This document shows positions 1 to 12,326 of a DNA stretch of 64,000 nt, one piece after another; position 1 is the stretch's first letter; each line of letters starts with the position of its first letter. Source of the stretch: Glaucostegus cemiculus (Eukaryota); assembly GCA_976551045.1 (NCBI GenBank), contig CDPCPM010000280.1:1612001-1676000 (forward strand), in the 5' to 3' direction. The notes below the pieces were generated by a model. The model had not been told where the DNA came from and did no database searches. It worked only from the letters and a program-made list of their open reading frames with translations. Position numbers and translations under genes: made by a program.

Positions 1-479
1 CTAACAAATTTCAAGTTGCCGATGCTGTCTGATCTCAGGAGTCTAATTAAAATCAATTCTCCACCACTAAAAGCAAAGCCTAACAGCCGAATTCAAATAT
101 TCATGTCCAACAAATTCAAACTTTGCAAACAATTAAGTAGAACAGTTTCCACAACATAATTTGGAAGAATCTCAAGGACCAAATGTGCCTTAAATGGCAT
201 GGATTGGACCCATCAACCTGCCCAGGTGAGGTGTCAGGACGTATTGTCAGACTAATGCTGTATTCTGGGGGATTGATGGTGACAGCTTCAGTGCCAGAGA
301 GTATGACCCATTTCCCTCAGCTACCTCTTTGGATCAAAGGTGTGATACTCTTCATTAAAACTCTTTCAAAAAGTACGACGTTTTGAACTGAAGCACAGAT
401 TTGGTAATGGAGTTCTTTAACATTTTTAAACACTTGATAGCATGATGATTATAATCCTGACAAGCTGTGAGGGGTTCAT

Positions 480-930
480 GGAATGGTAAATGGGGTTCAA
501 CCAGTTGGTAACAGTGGCGATGTTGTTGCTGTGCAGTGATAAATGGGGAGGGCCTTGGTCTGTGGTGCAATAAACGGGGGATCTTGCTGATTTAGAGTGG
601 TAGCAGTGGAAGGATTATGCTGCTTGGGGGTGGTAAATAGGGTGGGGTTGTTATGTTATATAGCTGTAATGGAGGTATTGCACTCCTGTGGAGCAGTAAA
701 TGTGGAAGGGTTGTGAGTATGGGGTTATCTTGCCATATAGTTCTAAATAGGTAAGTTGGATTTCTGTGGTGGTAACTGGGGAGGCAGGGTGTGGAGCAGT
801 AAATGGTGGAGAGGGAGCACTGCTGTTTTAGAGTGGTAAATAGTGGGGGAATTGTGCAGTGGAGGGGCAGATGCATAGTGGTGTGTGTAGTTATGCTGTG
901 GGATAGGGGTTTTCTCTTTGTGATTATTCA
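480..930. repeat. Degenerate G/T-rich minisatellite, ~30-bp period
   Basis: Recurrent (g)taaat(a/g)(g/t)gg...gctgtg...gtgg units. Confidence 0.6.
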
Positions 931-1542
931 TGGGAGTAATGTGGAATGATGTGCGGAGCGAATTCCCCAGACTAGACTGTGCAATTGCTGGGAAAAGTCA
1001 GGGACGGATTGTTATATTAAGCTACTTCAGCTGGATTAGGCAAGTGGCCAACTCATGCTCTTAAAAATGTATTTTAATTTAAGAAAAACAAAAATGCAGT
1101 CTTAAGTAAGGAGTCTTTTATAAATTTGATTTTCCTCTCCTTTTATTTTGTTAGCTATCTTTCATTTTGTTAGCTTTACTTTTAGTTCTAGTTATAAGAC
1201 AGAATTTTTGAAATGCATAGTAGCCTGGAACATCTCATAAATGGTGATGTTCTATGGTGGGAGAACCAGCAATTCAAAAACAGTCTTGGCAGAAGTTAGA
1301 ATGTTGGCACTCAAATAGTTAAATCCTGTAGGACTGTGGATGCCTTTTGGCGTCACTGCCCACTGCAGGCTCCAGGCTCCCCAGACGTCAGTAGTGCAGC
1401 TGTGTAGAGTGCGTGCAGGCAGGAACACGTTACCTCACCATGGCACTGTGTATTCAATGAATGAATTCAGATTCAATGTCTGATAACATCACTTTCCCAT
1501 AATATAATCACTTTCTTTTCCCACCCTTCATTGGAACACTGT

Positions 1543-1545
<3 letters not shown>

Positions 1546-1580
<35 letters not shown>
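1546..1580. repeat. (TG)n microsatellite, ~17 units
   Basis: Seen directly in the sequence. Confidence 0.98.
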
Positions 1581-1581
<1 letters not shown>

Positions 1582-3896
1582 TGAGAGTTTGTTTTTGTGG
1601 TGTGGATGGTGTTGATGGGGGTATGGAACAGGGTGTGAAGTATTAATTTTACAAGTCTTTGAATGTTCTGCATTCATGGAATGCTGATGAATTGAAACCT
1701 GTCAAGGGCCATAACGTGGAGTGTGATAGGATAATATACTCCTATTTTTTGTTGAGCATTTCCCTCTCTGCTGTCTAACATGGTCCTCCTGTACACTGTT
1801 CACATACTTTCCCACCATTCCATGTCAGCTGACCCTTCAGCTGCTTGGGCGTTACTCTCTAGCACTTTTGCTAATTTCCCATTCTTTGCTGTTTCTCTTA
1901 CACATTTTCAAATGCTTTTGTCTGTGCCTTTAATATCATCTCCTAACTCCTGTACAGGTTAGGCATAAACTGGATTGTGCCCTCTTGAATAAAGTGTATA
2001 ACAAAAGCTTTATGCTTCCCCTTTAGCTCTAAAAGTAGATCTAGCTATAGGCTATAATTTTCATACGTCTAGTCAATTTCTCTGAATCCTATGAGGAAGT
2101 TCAGGAGGAGAAAGGACTGTTGGGGCCAAGTTCACACTGGTATTTTACCTTTCCTCTTACTCTAGATTAACCCTGAAATGTCTTAGCGCTAATAGGACAA
2201 AATGATTCCTTCCACCATAACCCTTCTTCTCCCACCCCTTGTCCCAGTCCACTCCACTCACCCTGTTATCATGTATATGCGGCCTGAGTATTTCTCTTCC
2301 AATTTTCTAAACTTGCAGTAAGTACAATTACTTGCAGGCAAACTCCCCCAGGGACTAATAATTAAAATGTACGTAGTGTGATATTTTACTTTGACGTGGT
2401 CAACAGCAAGGTTTACCAGTAAATAGTTAAATCACTCTGCCATTCCGTCATTCTTAAACTCCTAGGGCAGAGACAGTGTTGTGATGTTGGCCTGAATTCT
2501 CCACTGATGTGCTGGCAGGTCCTGGTAGAACTGTGAACATCTGTCTTCATAATTGTATGGAAGTTTGGTACCCGTGTGGAATATGGAAGCATCAGTCTTC
2601 CATACAGCTGATCGCTGATGATTTCCAATTGAGCTCCGATGTAGGACTCCTGATGGAATCCAGTGGTAGAGCACAAATTCCCACAGGTTTCTCAGCTGTT
2701 ACACTGGGTAATCTGCCCACTGAGTTTAGGCCATGTTGGACTGTGTAAGTTGAGTCAGCCCCTTCATTTGAATAGAGAAGAGTGGCTGTAGGAGAAAGAT
2801 AATTCTGGTTAATTTAAAGTGGCAGGAGAGCCAGTAAATCAAGGCCAAATATTTAAGATAATTGGCAAAATAACCAAAGTGAGGAAAATATTTTTTATGC
2901 AATGTTTTGATAGAAAAGGGTGGTAAAAGTAGATTTATAATAACTTTCAAAATGGAACCAAATAAATATTTGAAAAATAAAAACTAGTGTGTTTTGAGGG
3001 AAAGATTAGAGGAGTAGGACCCTAAGATGACTTTCCCTAAGAACCCTCAAGTCAGTTTCAGCTCCCTACCATTTCAGCTGAGATCCACTAACTTGGCAGG
3101 GAACATGGAGCAAGTCTGTGACCTTCCTGATCTCTAAGGCGTAACCTAAGGATGTAACTTTGTTGCCCATATTCCAACTCACACTGAGTCCCAGTGATCC
3201 TACTGGCCCAGTGCTTGCTAACTCACTTGGGCACTCAGTAAATTAGTGGCTCGTATTTAACATTCTCAGCAAAATCTTTCCATTTATTTCCATAAATTCT
3301 AACCTCTTTCAGCTTCTCAACCCTCCAACAAATTAATGTTCCTATAATTGTGGTTTCATGAATTTTGATTTTCTTGTTCCTGAATAACGGCACCTGCAAA
3401 ATTTTGTATTGGCTTGCTCATTAGGGAGTTATGTAGCCCAACAATGCAAGAGAACTGAATAAGCATTAGGAATTCAAAGTCAATTAGGCCATGTGCTTCA
3501 GTGGATGTGTCATTTCAACAGTGTGTGTGACTTTCAGCTCCTTTGCACTGTAATATGCAGCAACTCCTCCCAGCCAATTCCCTTGATAGTTTCGTCAGTC
3601 TTCAGCAAGCAAAGTGAAAAAAATTCAAACAAATCAGCAAAAAAAGACACCGAGGAAAGAGCTTGCAAATTCTATCTCTGGTCTTGCTTTACATCTCTTT
3701 ACTTTAAGATGCTATGCTTGTCTGTATTGCTGACTGTGGGGCTTTGGAATTTTCTTTTGCAAAGCACTTAACAAAACAATTCTTTAATAATCCACTGACT
3801 GGGTAATGAATCATCCCAAGTACTAACGGCTGGGGCTGTGAAGTTTTGCATAGGGAATTGCTATCCGCCTATAAGAATGAATGCTTGGATATGCTG

Positions 3897-3959
3897 CAAA
3901 TATGTCTCTGTGTGTTGGTTGCCGAAGACTAGTGCAAACAGCACTTAATCATTTGGAAA
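3897..3959 (+). repeat. 63-bp segment with an exact inverted copy at 6300-6362
   Basis: caaatatgtctctgtgtgttggttgccgaagactagtgcaaacagcacttaatcatttggaaa is the reverse complement of 6300-6362. Confidence 0.95.
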
Positions 3960-5039
3960 CTCTTGGCTGCACTATGACAAATGTATGAATGCAATGCAAA
4001 TTTATGCTGATAGTTGGCCTTCAGGTTTTTAGCTATAATTTCTGCTCCCTTCACACCTCCCTCTGAAGGTCAAAGTGATGGGGATTGATCTAAATCTCCT
4101 GTCATTTATGTAAGCATTGCTGTCATTCTTGCCATGGTTTTAATATTTTGAACTAGCTTCATGTTCCTCACCACCCCTCCCCACCGTGACTATCAGCTTA
4201 CCCACAACACTGAAAGTGTTGATGTTGATCCCAGGTCTCCAGAGATTAACAGGCCAAGAACAATCAAAAAATATGAATCTTTGGTTTGATAACTCGGCAT
4301 AATTGGCCACTGTTAATCTCAGTCATTGGATGTGAAACTCTTTGGAAAGTTGTGAAGGTGTGATAGTGTACAAGTTCTTCCATTCACAACTTCAGAGCTG
4401 GCTGTCGTTGATTTCAGTTGGGCAGCATTAAAATCTGAACATTTGTTTTATTCCTACCTCATTCAGGAAAGAGCAGAAAATTTGGAGAAAAAAACTGGAA
4501 AATTCTCACTGCTTAAAAATTGGATGCAACCCATCTTAAGTGCACCAAAGCACTAGGGCTAAATTGAGTTCCATTTAAAAAATTGTGAACTTGTCAAAAG
4601 CAGGTTTGAAACAGCTTTAGAGTAGTCCATAGCCTGATTGAAGCTTTAAAATGGATCTTAAGAGGTTCCCAACAGGATCACAGTAAATTCAGGACTGCTG
4701 TTGATGCTTTGTTGCCACAACAATGTGCTATAAAGGCAAACTCCCATGGCAGCCAGACCAGAGATGTGTGCTGACACATCCTGGCTGCCATGAGGTGAGT
4801 GAGAAGCTGCAGAGAAGGAGAGAGCTCCTAGATTCACTGACATAAGCATAGAAGTTCCAATCAGTGAGACTGGTGCGTGAGGGAGATCCTGTTCACCAGT
4901 TGAGTGGGGGTTGTGGGGAGGAGTGGGTATATACACCAGGAGGTCTGCCAAGGCTACTATTTGGTGATTCTGGCAGGAGGCAACTAGAATCGTCTCTTTA
5001 AGGAATGGGAAAGACTGGAATATGAAGGACGTGGCTTGG

Positions 5040-5720
5040 GGAGATGAAACATCGATGTTGTCCATTCTCTAAGAGCCCGTTGATGTAGGGGATTGAAAGC
5101 TGCAAGAATAGGTTGGAGAACAATGGTCACAGGTCCAGAGTTCAGACTCTCTCAGGGAGGAGGAGTCGTGGATGCAGCCAGAAAACAAGACATTTACGAT
5201 CAAAAACTTCTTTTTTTTTTTGTGCCAATCACTTGTATGTTAAGGGAAATCCTTTCTATTGATGAAAAGGCTTAGTTTATTGATGGAGCCCTTGAGGAGT
5301 GTGCAGTCAATGCTGTAAACCAGCAGGACTGGCAAATCTCAATGCCTGAGATGCCACCTTCTCCTCACTGAAATCACAGTAGATGAATTCATACCCTTGG
5401 GAAGGGAGATCCCACGTGACCTCTCTGATACTGCAGTGAGCAAAAAATACTGAGGAATAGGAACAGATCTGGTGCTGCCACCTGGAATGATCCAGGAAGC
5501 TGAGGGTCACTATGACATTGACCTTCATGGAGGGAGCAGTCCAGGTTTGAGAGTGTGCCAAATGTCATCCCAGAAGGGAGAGGCAACTGCCTTAGAAAAC
5601 ATGCACTTCAAAATGCATTGTACATCAGATACATCCAGGTAGGATGTGCTGTTTCTAAAGAATTGTGAGGTCTTCTAACATCCCTGAGTGCCCTGCCTCA
5701 CCTATCCTGAAGTCTTCTGT
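5040..5720 (-). mobile_element. PIF/Harbinger (HARBI1-like) DDE transposase fossil
   Basis: Minus-strand fragments KVNVIVTLSF, AHCSIREVT, QALRFASPAG, LFINRKDF, VLFSGCIHDS are collinear with HARBI1-family motifs (VKVTVALNFF, HKCIRQVT, NRKGFHSLN, ARFPGSCHDS). Frameshifted. Confidence 0.7.
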
Positions 5721-6299
5721 AATGGAGTCCTGTCATCACTGGAGCATCCATTGAAGGAACAGCTCAGCAGCTAAATGTTGCAAAACAAAAGCACTGTTAT
5801 AACACACACTGTGGACTTTAGAACAGTCAGTTGTGAAACTACCCAGTCAGGTCTCCTGATGTCAACAAAGCATCCCATAAACAATGAGAAAGGCAAGAAA
5901 TCAGTGCAATGTTCTTTAAGTTCTGCTGAGACAGTGGCACAACAGTCATTGTGTGGAGCTCTGTACTTGAATTTACTGGTGAAATTGTGTATTTCACAAA
6001 TTACAATGCCAATACTTTTGCGCCTAATGCCAGGAAATGGTCAGGAGCACTAATGTGGATCGCAACCAGATGTGCCTCATCCAATTTCATGATTGGCACA
6101 AATCAGTTTTGGGTCACATAGTGCTTATGAAGCCATTGTTATATAATCGCATTTCCAGACATAATGTCCAAACTTATAGTGCAGTGAGTTAGCTTTCTGT
6201 TCTTTAGACTCAGATTAATGGGGCGAGTGTGTTCCCTGTAATATATGCGAGTTTCCAACACAAATTAACTGAATGGTTAGTCACTCCAAATTTGGGCAA

Positions 6300-6362
6300 T
6301 TTCCAAATGATTAAGTGCTGTTTGCACTAGTCTTCGGCAACCAACACACAGAGACATATTTG
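6300..6362 (-). repeat. Inverted copy of 3897-3959 flanked by atttgggcaa direct repeats
   Basis: Exact reverse complement. atttgggcaa occurs at 6290-6299 and 6358-6367. Confidence 0.92.
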
Positions 6363-6724
6363 GGCAACCCATCTGAGAATTCTCTGATGCGGGGGCCATA
6401 ATAATGGTTGTAAGGGATGGTCTCCTAGCCCATCAGTTAATATGTAGTTAAGGCAGTGCATACAAATCGGCATCTAAACTTTCCTATGTCCAACCTGGGT
6501 ATTCCCATTATTAACCCTGCATTCACACTTTGGAAAAGTTGTCCATTCCAGCACACTCCAATTCCTAACTTTATCTATTTGTATATCAATATCTGAAGAT
6601 GAGCATTCCATGAGCATTCCGTTTAATTGCCTATGAATGGACTGGAAGTTTAATAATCAAATCTGAGGCATAATATATCATCGAAGAAGGTCATTCAACT
6701 CGTACTCCCAGTTTTTGAATTTCT

Positions 6725-7095
6725 TATTAGGGGCTATGGCAAGGCCAGGATTTGTTACTGATTCCTAATCACCCATGGGAACATGCCCATGATGGTGAGC
6801 AGCCTTCTTGAACCACTGCAGTCCATCTGGTTCATTCAATGCTGTTAAGCAGCGAATTCCAGAATTTAGACACAGAAATGATGAAGAAACAACAATATAT
6901 TTTTAAAATCAGGACTGTGTGTCTCCAAGGGGAACTTATGGTGGATTTTCCATGTGCCTGCTGCTCTTGTCTCAAGTGATAGAGGTCACAGATTTGGGAA
7001 TTGTTGTTGAAAAAGCCTCGGCAAGTAATTGTAGTACATTTTGCAGATGGTGCATTTACAGCTCATAATGTGCCCATGGTGGTGGGGCTGTTTGT
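6725..7095 (-). mobile_element. Non-LTR LINE 3' fragment (same family as 32750-33620)
   Basis: ggcaaggccag...atggtgagcagccttcttgaaccactgcagtcc...ttccagaatttagac aligns with the copy at 32750-33620. Confidence 0.65.
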
Positions 7096-8156
7096 TCAGA
7101 GTAATGGGCAGGGTATCTTTACTAGTACTAGCACTTCAACTGGAAATACTTACTCTACTCCCATTATTCCTGAACTTTCCTTGAACTCTTTATATTCTTT
7201 TAAAATGCTTATCCAGTTTCCCTTTAAATAATCTTAAAGTCTTCATCTCATAGCTGCTTGTGGTAAAGCATTCCACATTTTAATAACCATCTGTGTGGGG
7301 AAAAGAAAACATTCCTCAAGCTTTCCTCTTCATTCTTCTAAAATTTTGGAGTGGATTCCTTTCAAAGAATTCCCTCTCGGCCATCTGTTTCCTTGCATAT
7401 ATGTTATTGAAAGTATTCCAGGGAGTGCATTTGCTTTCCTCTGTGTTCTGTTCCATGAGCACAGGAGTATTTTAATATGTAGCAATGGGTGAGAATGGAG
7501 AGAATATTCAAATATTGCTGCCAGTGGTGGCTCAGTTTCTAACTGTACTACTTGTGTATGGTCTTCACTTTCCTTGACTTAAGAGAGTTAAATGGTATCC
7601 AATCTCTCTCACACCAAGGGTTTAGTAACCCTACACATGAGGGTGTAACTAAAATCCTGGAATTCCTCTCTTAAAGATTCCCCGTGTCTGTAGGACTATA
7701 GAGAACAAGGCTGAGACCCTTTCTGGATTCCCTAAGCTTGAACTCCAACCTCCCTTGTTAGTGGACAACCCCCATCTCCCTTTGATGCAAATATCACTTT
7801 GCTCTTCCTCATCCTGTATCCTTGCCCACCCACCCCCTCAAAATTCTATCTGACCATTTCCCCCATCCTTTGAAGATCCAGAGACCACATCATTTAGTCT
7901 AAAATTTCTCAATGCCAGAGCTTACGGAGAAGGTGCTTCTGTGCAAGCTAAGTGTGAAAGTCCTGTTCTGTCAACCACAACGTGGGCTTCATGCACAACA
8001 GAGCTGAGTTGCTGAGGGGCCACAGTGGGTCCCCTGCACATATTTTTAAGTGATCTGTAGTTTTGTGCTCTGGATGTCTTGCTGAGTTTATGGGTAGGGC
8101 TTCGGTGGACTATAACCTGGAGCACTGGGTGTAGCTTCAGCCCTAATGAACTTCAG

Positions 8157-8854
8157 GAACAATATGGTTGTCTTTTGGAGGGTAATATCTAGCTTTGGCT
8201 AGGATTACAAAACAGACATTTTATTACTTGTTCCAAATGTTTGAAATACAGAGGGGTTTTAGGTTGCTTGTGTTCTGCCAGTTTTCCCAGAGGAGCCTTG
8301 CTCTTGTCTGCACCTACCTAGTCAGCTGTGGAGGTTCTTTTGGGTCCTCCCACCTGTGAAATTTTAGGGAATTAAGTGGAAGAAAATGTGTTCCCTGTAC
8401 ATTCCCGTCTCTCTGAAGAAGCATTTATTTCATCTCCCTTGATCTTTTTTCTACAATATCATTGAGAATCAGCTTAGTGTTATTTACAGGCTGAATCATG
8501 ACTGTACATAAACATCTTGCATGTGTTGAAAGACACACAAACAGCTGCCGGCCACGTACCATTCATTACCAGAGTTGCTTTGGAAACCACCAATACTTTT
8601 GTTGTGCACAGGGGCCAGGTGGCACAATGTGTTTGAGCACTTTTACTCCTGGGCATTGAATTTAAGGCCAACAAGCTAAGCCAGGTAAGATGGAGCATGA
8701 CTAGTGAAATGCATTCCTTTCTGGTAATAAGTGAACAATATATTTGTCTTTGAGAAGATACTATCTAGCTTTGCTAGGATTTCAAAGCAGATATTTTATT
8801 TCTTGTTCCAAATGTTTGGAATACAGAGTGTTTCTAGGTTGCTTGTGTTTTGCC
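8157..8854 (+). repeat. Local direct duplication of ~122 bp (8157-8279 and 8733-8854)
   Basis: gaacaatat...tatctagctttg...ttgttccaaatgtttg...aggttgcttgtgtt.tgcc occurs twice with scattered mismatches. Confidence 0.9.
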
Positions 8855-10269
8855 TAAATGGATAAATCACTAAGGTAGTGAAAAACTAAGGAGGGACTAA
8901 TTAGATCAAATGGTTCAGAACAGTAAAGGGGCCTATGTATTCTTGAAGAAACAGCCCAAGAAATTGCTCAGACCCTTTACAATACTTTAACAGCCTTTGC
9001 ACTGAGTTAATCTCCATGGTCAAATAGCCTCTCACATGAAGATTAGCCAGTTTGAACAGAGTGGTTTAGGGCTGCTGCCACCCAGGGAGCTGCATGTCAG
9101 GAACCAAAGCCCTCTAAAGAGGAAGGAAGGTAATAATGGAGGGATAGGTCTGACCTATTGTAGATTTGTTTGCTTGTAGTTGTTAGCTGGAAGATTGTCA
9201 AGAATCTTTGGTACAGTTTACAATTTCTAACTTTGTGAAATCTGTGCCCATTAAGATGAGAGAATGGAATGGAGAATTTTATGTTTTATCAGTGCCAACA
9301 GCAACACTTCAAGACAAGGTGCAAAGTTGTCAGATGCAGAATCAAGATCTCTGTATTCTGCATTAATATGGGTGTATGGTACTATAATATCCATATGGTA
9401 CTAGATAGGGTATAAGGTGTCTACTGTGCTGTATCAGGGATATTGTTGTCAGGTATATGGTTTTAGAAATTCTGGTGCAGCCATGCTATGAACACTAGAT
9501 GGTCATAACAGTAGGTTGCCAACAACAAAGGCCTCAGGTACAACAGAAAGGTTACGGCATTGTACCAAGGTCATGCTTTGGACGATGGGGGGAATTGTGG
9601 GGAGAGAGTCCACTGATTGTGGTCTGAAGTTGAGTAGGTGAGCAAAATAAATGTCAAAGGTAGGGGTAGGGTTGTGGTTTACTGGAAAGCAAGGTCAGGG
9701 TTAGGAGTTGTTGGGGGGAGGAATTGTGGGGGTGTAGCAAAGGTTTTGGGTGCATAGGATCAGGGTTGAGGAGTGGATGGAGATGGAGGCTTTCATTGTG
9801 GCTTTTGGCTGATTGAGGACTGGGGATAAAATTCAAAGATTGGGACTGAGATAAATGGAACAGGAGGGAGATCAGTGGGTTAGGGCCAGGATCTAGGGAT
9901 GGGAATGGGAGGAAGATCATTTTGTTCAGGAGCTATAGGGACCCAAAGGATCATTTGGAGAATGGGGGCTTATCTCAGTAGGATCCTGGTTCAACATTGC
10001 TTTGCAAAGAACTCACAGTGCTGGGAGTGCAGAATGGTGAAAGGTGCATTGTACAAGGAGTGACATTGTTTTTTACATTCTAACTCAGAAATTACATCAG
10101 GTGTGCAAGGATATATCATGGCTAGAAGTGCCCAGTTGAATTTCTGATGATGCAATCTAAACTGAATGATTATCATCGTGTTCCACTCCAGAAAAAAATA
10201 CAGTTTTAGCTGCATATTGTTGAAAAAATGTTGCTGCACCTCCAAATTTCCAGGCCATGTGTTTGAGAA

Positions 10270-10620
10270 GGAGGAATATGGTTCTCCAGGGGTATTTGTG
10301 GTTCTGTACAATAGTCTGTAGTGGGGGCAAGTTGTTTGTAATTGAGGAGTATGCTTCTGTGGGTGGTACAGTTCTTTAGTTGCAGATATGGTTCTTTACT
10401 AGGGAATGCTGTTCTGTGAATACATGGCTATGTGGTATGGTATGGTTCTGTAGTGGAGGATTTGGTTGGGGGATGGCTGTCACTTTGTAGTGGTAATATA
10501 GTTTTTTGAAGACAGGGTTCAGGTGGTTATTGCACTGTAAAGGACATGGTTCTGTGTAGGTGTGTTCTGTCAGGAGGAGATACGGTTTAGTCACGCTGGA
10601 TACGGTAAAGCAGCTGCTAA
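10270..10620. repeat. Degenerate G/T-rich tandem repeat (recurrent atggttctgt-like units)
   Basis: Repeated atatggttct/gtggttctgt/ctgttctgt units just upstream of the 10658 exon. Confidence 0.5.
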
Positions 10621-10642
10621 TGAACAAGATAAAACAGATTAA

Positions 10643-10759
<117 letters not shown>

Positions 10760-12215
10760 TAAGTTATCAACAGTTGCACATGTTATGTGAACAATACAGT
10801 CACCGGTTAACAATCACTGTGAATGTAATGATAACTACAAAGAGATTTAGATTTGAATGGCAGTATAAAGGGTATGGACTCCTTGTGTATTTTTTCCCTC
10901 ATTTTTTTTGATTATTGCCCTTAATCATTATTTAAACCTGTTTTCCCCTATTTTTTGATTAAGTGCAAAACTCTTTGCTGATGTCCCAAGCTGCAGTATT
11001 TGTATTTCCTCAATCATGAAAGTTCCTCACTCTTTAACCTTTCAATATTAACTATCCTCAGAATGTGTTTGACAGTGGCAAGGTCTCGGTTATTACCCTC
11101 GCATATTATGATTTGATTGCCTTACCAGGCCATTCCAGAAAGCATTAACAGTGAATCATGTCATCCACAACTACACTCATATCAAAGTAGCAGGCTGACT
11201 TCTGTGGTGTTCCCAACAACTACCAGATTTATTGAATTCATAAGTTGCCATTTTGAGATTTGAATTCAAGATCACAAGCTCATATGTTTAGCCCAATAAT
11301 CCAGACCTGCATTTGTATACATGCACTTGCTATCATCACTAAATAGGCTACCAAATGTTTGTGAGACATTCTTGAGGATGATTTTCCTTAACCTTCAGTT
11401 TTGAGGAGAGGGAAGTCATCCCACTCCTGATTACTTGCAAAAATGTAGACATAGGTTTGATTGCATCTTCACCCAATCTCTGGTGCATTCCTTGATAGAA
11501 AATCTAGTTTGTGTATATGGTCAATAGTTATAAATGTAAAATGACAACCCAACAGGTTCTTTTAGAGCCAATATACCAATAAAAGTCGGTGCCTAAATGG
11601 GAGAAGGTGAGAAACATGCTACTAAAACATGCTGCCCAGACAAGTTGCATACAGACACCTAGAAGGAGGTTTTGCTTCCCTCAGTCTGGTCTGAATTTAA
11701 ACCAGAGACCCTCAAGGTATTAATTCACTAATTTATCCATATTCCCAAATGATATGTACTAATCCATTTTCCTATTAATATCGCCCAGGGGAAAGGGTTA
11801 TTTATAATGAATCCAATGATCAGGCAAAATTTTTCATCTGATGCTGTTGCTTGCTGTTTCTTCTCTATCTCACTTGCATCTCCATGATCAAAAGTGGGCA
11901 GAGTATTCTAAGTGGGTTTAATGAGATCACTGTTTTCTTTGAACATTGCACTCCCTTGGCCTGAATGAGAATTTCTGACTATGGTTCAGTATTTTGTTGC
12001 TTTGTTGATTGCTGTTCTGTGCCGATGGATTGAGTTCATTAATAGTCCTGGACTCAACTGCTTCATCCTAATGTCTTTTGTATCCGTATTTCTTCCTATA
12101 CGCAGGACTTCTTATAGTTTTGCCTTTATGTTGTTTGCCTGTCAGTGAGTGTTTGTCTGACAGCGAGTGCCAAACAACATCTTATAAATAATGGAATCTT
12201 TTGTTTTGGGGAAAG

Positions 12216-12326
12216 GTGAAGCTACTAAGCTGGTGATTCTTGGTGAGCCAACACGAGAACTAGTGCAAGGATCTTCTTTTACCGTTGAAGTTCAATTGCA
12301 GAATAATGAAGGAGAGGTGATGGAAG
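12216..12326 (+). CDS. MORN1: MORN1 internal exon, 111 nt, phase 1->1
   Basis: Acceptor ttttgttttggggaaag|, donor |gtaagg. Translates (G)EATKLVILGEPTRELVQGSSFTVEVQLQNNEGEVME, similar to recalled human MORN1 [27 protein letters not shown]. Confidence 0.93.

Noticed and set aside
7001-7231. ORF containing HFADGAFT, resembling a MORN repeat
   Set aside because: It lies in the antisense strand of a LINE fragment and lacks the GxW motif and suitable splice sites.
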